The translations under genes and the position numbers were made by a program. Of a DNA stretch of 64,000 bases, positions 37,500 through 49,127 are shown one piece after another. Within the stretch, counting starts at the first letter, position 1, and the number at the start of each line of letters is the position of its first letter. A model generated the notes under the pieces. That model did no database searches, was not told the origin of the DNA, and saw only the letters and a program-made list of their open reading frames with translations. Location of the stretch: assembly GCA_024679065.1 (NCBI GenBank), contig JAGIQG010000009.1, positions 109,244,001 to 109,308,000 on the forward strand, given 5' to 3'. This DNA comes from Sphyrna mokarran. Taxonomy: Eukaryota.

Positions 37500-38380
37500 T
37501 GCCTTTAATGTTGCAGTTGTATAAAACGTTGGTTAGACCTCATTTGGAATACTGCGTCCAGTCCTGGTCGCCCTACTACCGGAAGGACATGGAGACTCTG
37601 GAGAGAGTGCAGAGGAGGTTTACCAGGATGCTGCCTGGTATGGAAGGTCTGAGTTACGAGGAGAGGTTAGGCAAATTGGAAGTGTTTTCTTTAGAAAGAC
37701 GTAGACTTAGAGGAGATCTAATAGAGGTGCACAAGATTATGAGGGGTATAGATAGAGTAAAGTGGTGGAGGCAGGCACTCTGGAGTTATTTAAGAAATAC
37801 TTAGATGGGCACATGAACAGAATGGAAATGGAGGGGTATAGAAAACTGATTTAAAATAGGGATCATGAGCCTTGGGAGTCCCTGGGAAGTGTGTAAATAG
37901 ATGATGACATTGATGTACTTGTTTTTATCTACAGATGCTTTGGTCCACCTTGTTGTCTAACAAGGGGCATACACGCGAGGGGTCGTGAGAGGGCTGCTCT
38001 TGGATTTTTTGTTCTAGAGTATCCTAGTGCTTCATGTTGTTAGTGTACGCTTGACCTGTACCATTTGATGGGCAACACGACAGCTCAGTGACTATCGCTG
38101 TGCTGTGCAGATGCATGGATTTGGGCCTGTGTCTGTGGGAGTTTGCACATTCTCCCCATGCTTGCGTGGGTTTTCTCCGGGTGCTCCAGTTTCCTCCCAC
38201 ATCTCAAAGATGTGCTCTTAGGCTAATTGGCAAAACAAATTCTCCCTAAATTGTCTCAAATTTGGTTTTTAATCCATAGATCTATAATCACAGACAGGGA
38301 TTGCGGGTAGAGGTGGGAACATCGGGGTGGCGGCGCAGGCTCGTGGGGCCGAAGGGCCTGGTTTTGTTCTTTGTTCTTTG
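37500..38380 (+). mobile_element. Third copy of the young CR1-like LINE seen at 5336-6575, with internal deletion
   Basis: Near-identical ORF and 3' UTR; ~150-bp deletion between two AGTAAA microhomologies at ~37760. Confidence 0.93.
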
Positions 38381-38846
38381 CTATAATTCCCGAGGTGGGG
38401 GGGCGGGGAGGTGAGGGAATTCCTCCCTCAGTTGAGAAGGGTTGGGGGGTGCAGGGAATGGGACGAGTGGAGTCTGGAACTCTGCCTCAAGGGGTAATAG
38501 AGTGAGGAAAAACCCTCTTTTCATTAATAAAAACAACTACACTCTAGGTAACTGAAACAATGCCAACCCTACAGGGACCTGGATGCAGAAAGTGGGGATA
38601 AAACTTGGTTAGCACCGACACGATGGGCCGAACGGCTTCCCTCCACGCTGAGAAATGTTGGTGGAGAGTTTAAATTTGAATTGTGTTGGGGAGGTGGAGG
38701 AACAGAGACAATCTTTTAGATAATGTATTATTGCAGAGAGGGGGCTTTGAGGGTAGTTGAGGTTTGAAAAAAAAGTCCTGTTAAGTTCCGGTAAGTTTTT
38801 TGAATTTGTGACCTTTGTAATCTTCAATCGTAAGAGAAGGCGGAGG

Positions 38847-38960
38847 TGACATCAAATTGAAAGTGAAAGGCCGTCTGATTTTCCCTCCCTGCTTCTCCGG
38901 AGGCCGGAGATGGAGCTGATCCATTTCTAATTCCAGTCGGAGTTTCTTATTCATTTCAGC
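38847..38960 (+). promoter_or_regulatory. Candidate promoter of gene B: CRE-like TGACATCA (38847-38854), IRF/ISRE GAAAGTGAAAG (38859-38869), AGTTTCTTATTC (38941-38952)
   Basis: Motif cluster in a CpG-containing unique patch 1.4 kb upstream of the ATG exon. Confidence 0.6.
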
Positions 38961-39084
38961 TCCTGTCAATTTCAGTGTAAACTGAGTGAGTGCAGAGAGA
39001 GAGAGAGAGAGCGGCTGCAATCCAGACTGAGAGAGAAAAGGATTCACATCCCACAGACTGGGCAAAACAGGCCTCCGCAGCAAG
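38960..39084 (+). other. Candidate non-coding exon 1 of gene B (5' end approximate)
   Basis: Donor GCAGCAAG|GTTAGG resembling gene A's GCAGCAG|GTAAGT; GA-rich interior as in gene A's candidate exon 1. Confidence 0.42.
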
Positions 39085-39914
39085 GTTAGGGAGGGGCTGG
39101 ATCGCTGCGGTGAAAGTTCAGAGCTCTTAAGTCTTTTATTGAAGGTTTTATTGAAGGTTCCTCCACCTCCCCAACACAATTCAAATTTAAACTCTCCTGA
39201 TGTTCACCAACATTTCTCAGCGTGGAGGGAAGCCGTTCGGCCCATCGTGTCGGTGCTAACCAAGTTTTATCCCCACTTTCTGCATCCAGGTCCCTGTAGG
39301 GTTGGCATTGTTTCAGTTACCTAGAGTGTAGTTGTTTTTATTAATGAAAAGAGGGTTTTTCCTCACTCTATTACCCCTTGAGGCAGAGTTCCAGACTCCA
39401 GTTGCTTTTTATTTTGGTCGGCACAACATCGAAGGCCGAAGGGCCTGTTCTGTGCTGTATTGTTCTATGTTCTATATGTTTTGCCAAGGGATTCTCTCAT
39501 ATCCCACTCTTCCCGAGAGGAGAATCTGGGGAGAAGGTCTGGGGGGTAGTAGTGAGGGGGTAGGAAGGACCTGATTGGGATGTAGGGTAAGTAGGAGCTT
39601 CTTCCCTGCTGCTGTCAGGCTTTTGCATGGACCTGCCTCTCGTTTCCTACACTACACTCTGCACTCTCTCCTTTCCTTCTCTATACACTGTTTTCTTTGT
39701 GTACCCCCCCTCCAAAAGATACTTTTCACTGTATCCCAACACATGTAATAATTATAAATCAAGTCAATTTGAGCATAGATTCAAGGAGCTGGAGATTTAG
39801 GGGGGATTTGAGGAAAAATTTGTTCACCCAGAGGGTGCTGGAATCCAGAACTCACTGCCTGAAAGTGTGGGTGAGATGGAAACCCTCGTTTAAGAAGCAT
39901 TTAGGTGTGTGTTT

Positions 39915-40206
39915 AAAGTTGATTTATTGCTATCACAAATAGACTTACGGTGACACTGTAACAAAGTTAGTGTGAAAATCTCCAAGTCGCCACACTCAGC
40001 ACCTGTTCAGTTAAACGGAGGGAGAATTTAGCTTGGCCAATATACCTAACCGGCACGTCTTTTGGACCGTGGGAGGAAACTGGGGCACCCAGAGGAAACC
40101 CATGCAAACACGGGGAGAATGTGCACACTCCACATAGTCAGGAATCGAACCCGGGTCCCTGGTACTGTGAGGTAGCAATGCTAACCCACTGTGCCACCAT
40201 GCTGCA
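39915..40206 (-). mobile_element. V-SINE-like element
   Basis: Reverse head ccactgtgccaccatgctgc, B box ggaatcgaaccc, V-SINE body. Confidence 0.8.
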
Positions 40207-40327
40207 CTAGTGTTATTGATGTCAAATAGCCGGGATATTTTAGGATGTATAACTCCTGTGAGAGAAAGTGTGCAAGTGTCTGTACCTTACTGATCTCAGA
40301 TATTTGGGGATATTTCAGGGAACGACA

Positions 40328-40409
40328 ATGCTTCGTATCCTGCAAGGGCTGGATATCCGGATTTCCAAAATGTTTCTCCTGCTTCCGATTCTTCTTTGGA
40401 TCTTTCACG
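40328..40409 (+). CDS. Butyrophilin-like gene B, coding exon 1: signal peptide MLRILQGLDIRISKMFLLLPILLWIFH (exon starts ~40319)
   Basis: ATG in ACAATG context, hydrophobic core, donor CACG|GTAAGA phase 1, in frame with the IgV exon. Confidence 0.85.
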
Positions 40410-40577
40410 GTAAGAATGAAAAGTCTTGTACATTTAATGACAAATAATAACTTGTTTTGTATCTTTTTTTTGCCTGGTGGGATGGATTGGTAGTTTGTCC
40501 AACTCCGAACTGCTAGATGTGATAATCTGAGCGATGGATCTGATTCTTTCTCTCTCTCTGTTGGTTGGTTGTTATAG

Positions 40578-40937
40578 ACACGGCAGCGGATTTTGTGGTG
40601 ACGGCACCACCAGAGCCGGTCGTGGTTGCGGTTGGCAGGGACGTAGTCCTGGACTGCCAGCTGGTACCAGCCAAAAACTTGGACAGGATGGAAATCCGCT
40701 GGATCAGCAAATTTGGCTACGCCGCACCCGTCCACATGTACAAGAATGGGATAGAGGATCTGACGCACCAACCCCCGGAGTACCGAGACCGCACCGAGCT
40801 GTTCCTCAACCAGATCGGACAGGGGAATCTCTCCCTCAAACTCAGGAATGTCCGTGTCTCTGACAAGGACATCTACAAGTGCTTTGTGGCATTTGCCAGT
40901 AAACACGATGAGGTCAAAATATCCCTCAACGTGGCAG
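40578..40937 (+). CDS. Gene B IgV exon
   Basis: DTAADFVVTAPPEPVVVAVGRDVVLDC..MEIRW..VHMYKNG..QPPEYRDRTELF..GNLSLKLRNVRVSDKDIYKC; 360 nt, AG/GT junctions. Confidence 0.96.
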
Positions 40938-41574
40938 GTCAGTGGCCATTTTGAAAACGTGGTCTAAGGAGGTGGGGCGTGGTCTCAGGCTGAGGGGGTT
41001 TGGGGCAGAGATGGGGGGGAACGTCTTCATCTTTGGAATTCTTCACATGAGAAGACAGGAAATTGAGGCACGAGGAGGCCATTCAGCCCATCATTCAATG
41101 AAATCATGGCTGATCTCGGATAGCAGCTTCACTTGTTCGTAGTTTTATAAAGCGGAGGTGGATCTCTCCCTTCTGAGAATTGATATTGAAATACCCAGAG
41201 AGGACTAGCTCATCCCATCATCTGTAAAAAGTGTCTGAAGTGATGTGGTTAAATACTAAATAAATCCCTGACGCTCGCCTGTAAAATCAACAGGTCACAA
41301 TTTACTTATCTAACTGACATTAAACTATTAACAAGGCAAGTGAAAGAAGATTCTAGTGGAATGCTGTTGAGATAAATACAATTTCCACTCATTAACAAAA
41401 TGGAATGTAGTTCACTCTCACAATTACAACCAGGTTTTGTGCCTTCTGGGATATTCTGGGCCTTCTCTGTTGATTCTTTTGTCTGGAATGTCTTTCTTCT
41501 TTTCTACCTTTGCTATCGAAATAGTGTTTTCTCTAGGATATAAATAAACTTATGAGAGCAGGCAGCTAGCTAAC

Positions 41575-41672
41575 TATCTCCCTCTCTCTATCTATCTCTC
41601 TCTCTTTCACTATCTCTTTCTCTCGTTCACACGCTCTGTGTGTGTGTGTGTCTCTCTCTCTGTCTCTGTCTG

Positions 41673-41705
<33 letters not shown>

Positions 41706-41725
41706 ATATCTGTCTGTCTCTCTGG
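41575..41725. repeat. (TG)n/(TC)n compound microsatellite
   Basis: Directly visible. Confidence 0.9.
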
Positions 41726-43701
41726 GTCTCCCCCAAATGTCTCTTTTATACCACTGATTACATATCAATATTTCCCACAATATTGGTCCAAGGTGGTCAA
41801 TCTTTTTTGGCAAAACAATTGGATTAAATCAAATTAACTGAAGGGGCATCAGAAGTGTTACCCGCACCACCCCCAAAAAAAGAAGAGAATTGCCCAAAAT
41901 AAAACAAAGTAGAAAGGAAGCTTAAAATGTCAAATTAAAATGGGCCTAAAAGGGTTGGTAATACACTCCAGCCCCTGCGGTGCCCAGAGAGCGTGGAAGG
42001 GGTCCAAGGTTGTCAAAACCATCGGACTTAAATTTAATAGGTTCTTGGTATCTAAACACTGATTCATATTGATTGGCTAAATTCAAAAACCTGTTGTCTT
42101 GGTAACATTCCTGCTTGGCCTTTCGATAATAATGTTTCAGTCTGGCCTCTCTGTATACTTACATTTTTTTTAACACAAAAAAAGGGCCATCTTTTAATGG
42201 ACCATGCAATCTTCACTCTTAGCATTTTACAATTTAGAAACATCAGTTCGAGCTTTCAACTTCTGAATCTCCAATTACTCTACTCAGCTTTGCAACACGA
42301 GCCATTCCTAATTCCCTTTAAAATTCTGTGGAGCTCTGAGTTGAATGTAGTTGATCCCCATCCCTCTGGGATAGAGAATTCCAATGATTCACAGTCCTTG
42401 TAAATGAAGAAATTCCTCCTCAAAATGGCCAACTCATTCTGACTATATGGCCCCTCGCTTGTGTTCTGGATTCTCAATCCCGGGGCATGGGTGGATGGGG
42501 GTGGGCGGGGGTGGTAGACATTGGGTTTCCCTCCTGCCGAACCCTTTTCAGAGTCTGATGGGGGGGGGTCACCTCTTATCCTCCCAGGAGGACCAGGCAG
42601 CCCACTCAGTTTTCCCTCGTGGGATAATCCCCTCGTTCCTGGATTGTTCTGAATGAACCTTCCCGGAACTCCCTTTTTTTGGCCAAATTTCCTCAGGGAC
42701 CTGTGTATGCTCGGTTATTGGGAACGTTCAAGGAGGAGGTGGACGGAATCTTGGATAGTGGGGTGGGGGTAGAGTTCAAGATTGGCGAGGGGTAAGGGAT
42801 GTTATGGATAGTGCAGGAAGGTAGGTTGGTTATGAACTCAGTGACTGCAAGAACTGGCTTGAGGGGCTGAAGGGCCACTTTCTCTTTCAATTTTACTCTC
42901 CTTGTGACGTACGGGACTGTTGGAACTTTCTAGTAGTTTTCTGCCTCTCTCCCTGTTGGCGTTTTGAACTCTCTCGGTATTGCTGAGCTGAGGACGGTGC
43001 CAAATCCTTTGCCAGCGAGCGGCCAAGTTGAACTATTCCTGGGAATTTTGGGGCAAATCGGGTTCAGAGATTTCCCACTGGGATTGCCACCTCTCCTCTC
43101 AAAAACCTCGGGATGGAGTCTTCCAGGAACGTTACTGTCAACCCAGTCGTGATAAGTTGCCCTAAAATTGGGCTTGGTGTTTTGAGTTGACTGATGGACC
43201 GACTCCCTCACTCAATGTGAAATAACTGATCAGACCTTCCCAGCGAGGAACACATCCGTCACCAGAAAAAAGAGCTTTCAGCCAGAGAGTGGGGGGTGTC
43301 CAGCTCCTGTGAGTAACTGGCTTTCAGATCACCAGAAATATAACTTTGAAATAACAACAGAGAACCATTTAATGGTGGACATCAGGTTTTTGAACATTTA
43401 AAATGTTCTAAAAGGCGCCTGAACTAAAATATTAGTCTTTTATTATCATAGAAATAAGAGGGTTCGTTTCTGGAGCCTCATCAAAGGCCCAAGAGCTTAT
43501 ACTGTTGGCGGAAACATGCCCTAGGAATCAATTTGATCTTGGGTAGTTCTCACCTGGACTGTCCACCCTCTCCCCCCTCGACTGGGGTCCTTCCCTAACT
43601 CCTTTGATCCTGATAACCCCCTGAAGCAGTGGGAGTTAGTACAGGTAATCCAGCGCAGGCTTTGTGGCCTACTCTCCTGCCTAATGTCGATGTTGTTGTA
43701 G

Positions 43702-43986
43702 GTACGGGCCAGCAGCCGTGGATCGGGATGGAGGGTTACACGACAGATGGCGTCAGGCTGGGTTGCCGGTCAGAGCGCTGGTTCCCGCAGCCGCCCGTCC
43801 GCTGGGTAAACGGGCAGGGAGGGAATGTTAATGCCCAGCCACAGACCCAGTACCAGGAGGACCCACAGGGACTGATGGCGGTTCAAAGCTTCATCGAAGT
43901 CCCCAAACAGTCCACGAACGAGTACGCCTGTATCATCGACAACAAAGACCTGAAGGAGACACGAGAGGCCCACATCTGGATTGCAG
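43702..43986 (+). CDS. Gene B IgC exon
   Basis: GTGQQPWIGMEGYTTDGVRLGCRSERWFPQPPVRW..GLMAVQSFIEV..YACIIDNKDLKETREAHIWIA; 285 nt. Confidence 0.95.
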
Positions 43987-44029
43987 GTCAGTCACACACC
44001 AGGAGGGCTTCAAGAAAGGTGCAGCAACT

Positions 44030-46105
44030 GGGGATGGTGGGGGGGAGGGGGTTAGGGACGGGGAGGGTGGGGGAGGGGGGAGGGGGGGTTAGGGACGGGG
44101 GGACGGGGAGGGTGGGAGAGGGGGGTTAGGGACGGGGAGGGTGGGGAGAGGGGGGTTAGGGACGGGGAGGGTGGGGGAGGGGGTTAGGGACGGGGAGGGG
44201 AGGGGGGGTAGGGAGGGGAGGGTGGGAGGGGGGTTAGGGAGGGAGGGAGGGGGGTTGGAGGGGGGGTGGGGGAGGGGGGTTAGGGTGGGGAGGGGGGGAG
44301 GGGGGAGGGGGGGAGGGTGGGGGGGGGGTTAGGGAGGGGAGGGTGGTTAGGGAGGGGGGTTAGGGACGGGAGGGTGGGGAGGGGGGGGGGGGTTGGGGAG
44401 GGGGAGGGGGGTTAGGATGGGGAGGGTGGGGGTTAGGGAGGGGAGGAGGGGGGAGGGGGGAGGGACAGGGAGGGTGGGGGGAGGGGTGGGAGGGGGTTGG
44501 GGGGGGGGGTGGGGGAGGGGGTTGGGGGGGAGGGTGGGGGAGGGGGTTGGGGGGGAGGGTGGGGGAGGGGGTGAGGGGGGGGAGGGGTGGGGGGAGGGGG
44601 TTGGGGGGGGGGTGGGGGAGGGGGTTGGGGGGGAGGGGCGGGTTGTGGGGGAGGGTGGGGGAGGGGGTTGGGTGGGGGAGGGGGGGGGGGGAGGGTGGGG
44701 GGAGGGGGTTGGGGGGGAGGGTGGGGGAGGGGGTTGGGGGGGGAGGGGGGGGGGGGGTTGGGGGGGGAGGTGGGGAGGGGTGGGGGGGAGGGTGGGGGAG
44801 GGGGTTGGGGGAGGGTGGGGGAGGGGTTGGGGGGGGAGGGTGGGGAGGGGGTTGGGGGTGGAGGGGGGGGAGGGGGGTGGGGGGGAGGGGGGGAGGGGTG
44901 GGGGGAGGGGGTGGGGGGGGGGGGGTGGGGGAGGGGAGGGGTGGGAGGGGGAGGGGGTTGGGGGGGAGGGGGGGGGAGGGGGTGGGGGAGGGGGTTGGGG
45001 GGGAGGGGGGGGGGGGAGGGGGTTTGGGTGGGGGGGAGGGGGTGGGGGGGAGGGTGGGGGGGGAGGTGGGGGGGGAGGGGGTGGGGGGGAGGGTGGGGGA
45101 GGGGGTTGGGGGGGAGGGGTGGGGGAGGGGGTTGGGGGGGAGGGTGGGGGAGGGGGTTGGGGGGGAGGGTGGGGGAGGGGGTGGGGGGGAGGGTGGGGGA
45201 GGGGGTTGGGGGGGAGGGGGGGGAGGGGGGTTGGGGGGAGAGGGGGGGGAGGGGGGGGGGGAGGGTGGGGAGGGGGGTTGGGGGGGAGGGGGGGGGGGGT
45301 GGGGGGGAGGGGGTTGGGGGGGGAGGGGGTGGGGGGGAGGGGGTGGGGAGGGGGGGGGGGGGAGGGGGGTTGGGGGGGAGGGTGGGGAGGGGGTTGGGGG
45401 GGGAGGGGGTGGGGGAGGGGGTTGGGGGGGAGGGGGTGGGGGAGGGGAGGGGGGAGGGTGGGGGAGGGGGTTGGAGGGGAGGGGGTGGGGGAGGGGGGGG
45501 GGAGGGGTGGGGGAGGGGGTTGGAGGGGAGGGGGGGGGGAGGGGGTTGGGGGGGAGGGTGGGGGAGGGGGTTGGAGGGGAGGGGGTGGGGAGGGGGGTGG
45601 GGGAGGGGGGGGGGGGGTTGGAGGGGAGGGGGGGGGGGAGGGTGGGGGAGGGGTGGGGAGGGGAGGGGGTTGGGGGGGAGGGTGGGGGAGGGGGTTGGGG
45701 GGAGGGTTGGGGGTGGGGGGGGGGAGGGGGGTTGGGGGAGGGTGGGGGAGGGGGTGGGGAGAGAGGGTGGGGGGGGGGTGGGGGAGGGGTTGGGGGGAGG
45801 GGGGTGGGGAGGGGGTTNNNNNNNNNNNNNNNNNNNNNNNNNNNNNNNNNNNNNNNNNNNNNNNNNNNNNNNNNNNNNNNNNNNNNNNNNNNNNNNNNNN
45901 NNNNNNNNNNNNNNNNNNNNNNNNNNNNNNNNNNNNNNNNNNNNNNNNNNNNNNNNNNNNNNNNNNNGGTGGGGGGAGGGGGGTGGGGGGGGGTGGGGGA
46001 GGGGGGGGGGGGAGGGAGGGGGTTAGGTGTGGGGGAGGGGGTTAGGGACGGGGAGGGTGGGGTGGGGGTTAGGAATGGGGTTGGGGGAGCAGGTTGGGGG
46101 AGGGT
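44030..46105. repeat. ~2-kb G-run repeat (GGGGTTGGGGGGAGGGTGGGGGA-like) containing assembly gap 45818-45967
   Basis: Directly visible. Confidence 0.95.
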
Positions 46106-46194
46106 CACCAATTCGATTGAGGATAAATGTGAAAACAGGAAGAATTAGTGTCAGTAAACAGGGGACGCAGTGACACAGAGCTACTGTCACTGGG

Positions 46195-46390
46195 CAGGGG
46201 AGCCGGTTCCGGGACGGTGAGGGAGGGGGGAGCCGGTTCCGGGACGGTGAGGGAGGGGGGAGCCGGTTCCGGGACGGTGAGGGAGGGGGGAGCCCGTTCC
46301 GGGACGGTGAGGGAGGGGGGAACCGGTTCCGGGACGGTGAGGGAGGGGGGAACCGGTTCCGGGACGGTGAGGGAGGGGGGAACCGGTTCT
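46195..46390. repeat. 30-bp minisatellite GGGACGGTGAGGGAGGGGGGAGCCGGTTCC
   Basis: About 6.5 copies ending just before the TM acceptor. Confidence 0.95.
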
Positions 46391-46423
46391 CAAGCGACTA
46401 ACTGTTTTTCTCTTTTGATTCAG

Positions 46424-46543
46424 ACGTCTTCTTCCCCCATCCTTCTGGGTGGATGGTTGCTTTCTGGATCCTGTTCTCCCTGGTAGTTGCTGCATGCTGT
46501 CTCGTGTTTTGGTTCTATCGAAAATTACGGAGTGAGATCCAAG
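46424..46543 (+). CDS. Gene B transmembrane exon DVFFPHPSGWMVAFWILFSLVVAACCLVFWFYRKLRSEIQ
   Basis: 120 nt like gene A's TM exon; DxFFPH conserved; donor CAAG|GTGAGA. Confidence 0.94.
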
Positions 46544-46682
46544 GTGAGATCTTCAGCCTCAAACATTGAAACCGTCGGCAGAGATTAATGATCCCTGTTT
46601 GGCTCCAGTTTAATCGAGGGAGCGTGCCGGGAGAGTCACAATGCCTCTGATAACTAATTCAGTTATTATTATTTCTTTACAG

Positions 46683-46709
46683 CGTTAGAGAAATCTTCAG
46701 GCTTGCTTG
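46683..46709 (+). CDS. Gene B microexon 1 (27 nt) ALEKSSGLL
   Basis: tctttacAG / G|GTAAGT. Confidence 0.87.
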
Positions 46710-47079
46710 GTAAGTGGTGTTTAATGAGACTGCGGGATATGGACTGAAATCACAGTCTGTCTCCGTGTCGATTTCCTAGTTTGGAGGATTTCACAGTCTG
46801 GCCCAAAATGATATCGTATCTGTCCCCAGACCGTCCCACTCTACCTTACTGTGCTCACCCTCCACCCAGAGACCCTCTATCCTTACCTGTGTCACACACC
46901 GTTACTATTTCAATATCTCCTCACTGCCCCCCTCTTGCCGCCCTCGTTCCCTGATTTATTTTCCTTTCGCTGTCAGACTGAGACAGAGAGTTCCTGCCGT
47001 TTGGGATGAGGGGCAGTGGTTTGGGGGAGAGGGCGAAGGCTCTCTTCTGATTTAATGCTGTTCTTTTGTCCTGTTACAG

Positions 47080-47106
47080 AAAACCATAAGCTGCGGGAGG
47101 AAATCG
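47080..47106 (+). CDS. Gene B microexon 2 (27 nt) ENHKLREEI
   Basis: ctgttacAG / G|GTGAGT. Confidence 0.88.
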
Positions 47107-48249
47107 GTGAGTAACCATTAGTAACGGAGAGTTGAATATTGGGGGGGGAGCATCAGAAGCCGATGATGTAGAATTGCAGTTGTGGTGTTAGAGAGAAGAG
47201 GCTAGCGATATAACTCTGAACTATCTGGGTCTGAGTGTCTCCGGGGAGATTCAGAAAAATTTGCATTTGTGTAGCAGCACTCGTGTCCGCAGGATTTCCC
47301 AACCCAGTTTGCAGCCAATGTAAGAAACAGCAACAAGAGGCCATTCAGCCCCTTGACCCTGCTCTGCCATTCAATACTATCATGGCTGATCTTCTCAAGT
47401 GCACTTCTCCTATATTATCCTGGCAACTAAAATACTGTCAAGCTGTGCATTTGTCTGGATCAGTACTGAGGCAGTTGCGGCAATGCCATCCTCGTGGGGG
47501 ATTGCTGCAGAGCGCCGAGATATCCATTGTGACGAGGACTGCCCCTGGTTCAACCTCTCCGTGTGTGCCGAGTTTCTGTAGGACGTCAAGAAGCTTAACA
47601 CCATCCACTTGATGGCTACCCTTCCCATAAACATTCACTGCCTCCATCACCGATGCTCAGTGACAGCTGTGTGTACCAGCTATAAGATGCACTGTAGGAA
47701 CACACCAGTGTTCCTTAGGCACCATCTTCCAAATGTACAAATACTTCCCTGTAGAGGGACAAGGGCAGAAGCTACCTGGGAACTCCACCATCTGGAGGTT
47801 CCCCTCCAAGTCACACACCATCCTGACGTATCAGCCTTTCCTTCCTGTTGCTGGGTCAAAATCTTGGAATTCCCTCCCTCACAGCACTGTGGGTGTACCT
47901 ATTCAAAGAACAAAACAGCATGGGAAACAGGCCCTTCGGCCCAACGAGCCCGCGCCGCCACCTCGATGTCCCCTATTCCTCAGGAACTCCAGCGGGTTGA
48001 AAGAAGGCAGCTCACCAGCACATTCTCGAGGGGTAGTTAGGGATTGGCAATAAATGCTGCTCTAGCCAATGACACCCACATCCTGTGACTAACTCAGAGA
48101 TGGCAGATCCACACCTCCTGGGGAAGAGAGTTCCAAAGAATCTTAGCACTTACTGCTCTGGGAATGGGAGCAATAAATATTGGACAAGATGGGGAGCTGG
48201 GATTGGAGATGTAAAGTGGCAGGAGGATGTTAATATTGTTGGGCCCAAT

Positions 48250-48380
48250 TCGTCTGTCAGCCTGTCAGTGAGGCCCAGCCTATTGGTGAGGCCCAGCCTA
48301 TTGGTGAGGCCCAGCCTGTCAGTCAGTCAGTGAGGCCCAGCCTGTCAGCCTGTCGGTGAAGCCCAGCCTGTCTGTCAGTA
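48250..48380. repeat. Short tandem repeat GTGAGGCCCAGCCT core
   Basis: About 5 copies. Confidence 0.8.
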
Positions 48381-48399
48381 CGCAGTGACTGTGAGATTT

Positions 48400-49127
48400 T
48401 GCTGTGCAGTGTGGGATCTTGCTGTGCATTGTGGAGTCTTTCTGTGCACTGATTGTGGGATCTTGCTGTGCAGTGATTGTGGGATCTTGTACCTTAATTA
48501 TGGGATCTTGCTGTCTGTCGTGGGATCTTGCTGTGCGCCAAGGGCTATACGCCATGGGATCTTGCTGTGCGCTGTGGGATCTTGCTGTGCGCTGTGGGAT
48601 CTTGCTGTGCGCTGTGTGATCTTGCTGTGCTCTGAGGGATCTTGCTGTGCTCTGAGGGATCTTGCTGTGCTCTGAGGGATCTTGCTGTGCTCTGAGGGAT
48701 CTTGCTATGCGCTGTGTAATCTTGCTGTGTTCTGAGGGTTCTTGCTGTGCTCTGTGGGTTCTTGCTGTGCTCTGTGGGTTCTTGCTGTGCACTGTGTGCT
48801 CTTGCTGTGCTCTGAGGGATCTTGCTATGTGCTGTGTAATCTTGCTATGCGCTGTGTAATCTTGCTGTGTTCTGAGGGAGCTTGCTGTGCGCTGTGTAAT
48901 CTTGCTGTGCTCTGTGTGATCTTGCTGTGCACTGTGTGATCTTGCTGTGCACTGTGTGCTCTTGCTGTGCTCTGAGGGATCTTGCTATGCGCTGTGTAAT
49001 CTTGCTGTGTTCTGAGGGAGCTTGCTGTGCGCTGTGTAATCTTGCTGTGCGCTGCGGGATCTTGCTGTGCGCTGCGGGATCTTGCTGTGCGCTGCGGGAT
49101 CTTGCTGTGCGCCGTGGGATCTTGCTG
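48400..49127. repeat. 20-bp minisatellite CTGTGGGATCTTGCTGTGCG
   Basis: About 35 copies. Confidence 0.96.

Larger units (their letters stand above)
38468..39400. repeat. Near-perfect inverted repeat (arms 38468-38703 and 39157-39400) enclosing candidate promoter/exon 1 of gene B
   Basis: Arms identical over 236 bp except an 8-bp indel (CTGATGTT); 453-bp spacer. Confidence 0.97.

Noticed and set aside
40534-40577. MDLILSLSLLVGCY as gene B signal peptide
   Set aside because: Out of frame with IgV and overlapping the polypyrimidine acceptor; the spliced exon 40328-40409 fits instead
44360-46148. Long Gly-rich and Pro-rich ORFs (479-583 aa)
   Set aside because: Translations of a G-run repeat spanning an N gap, inside an intron of gene B
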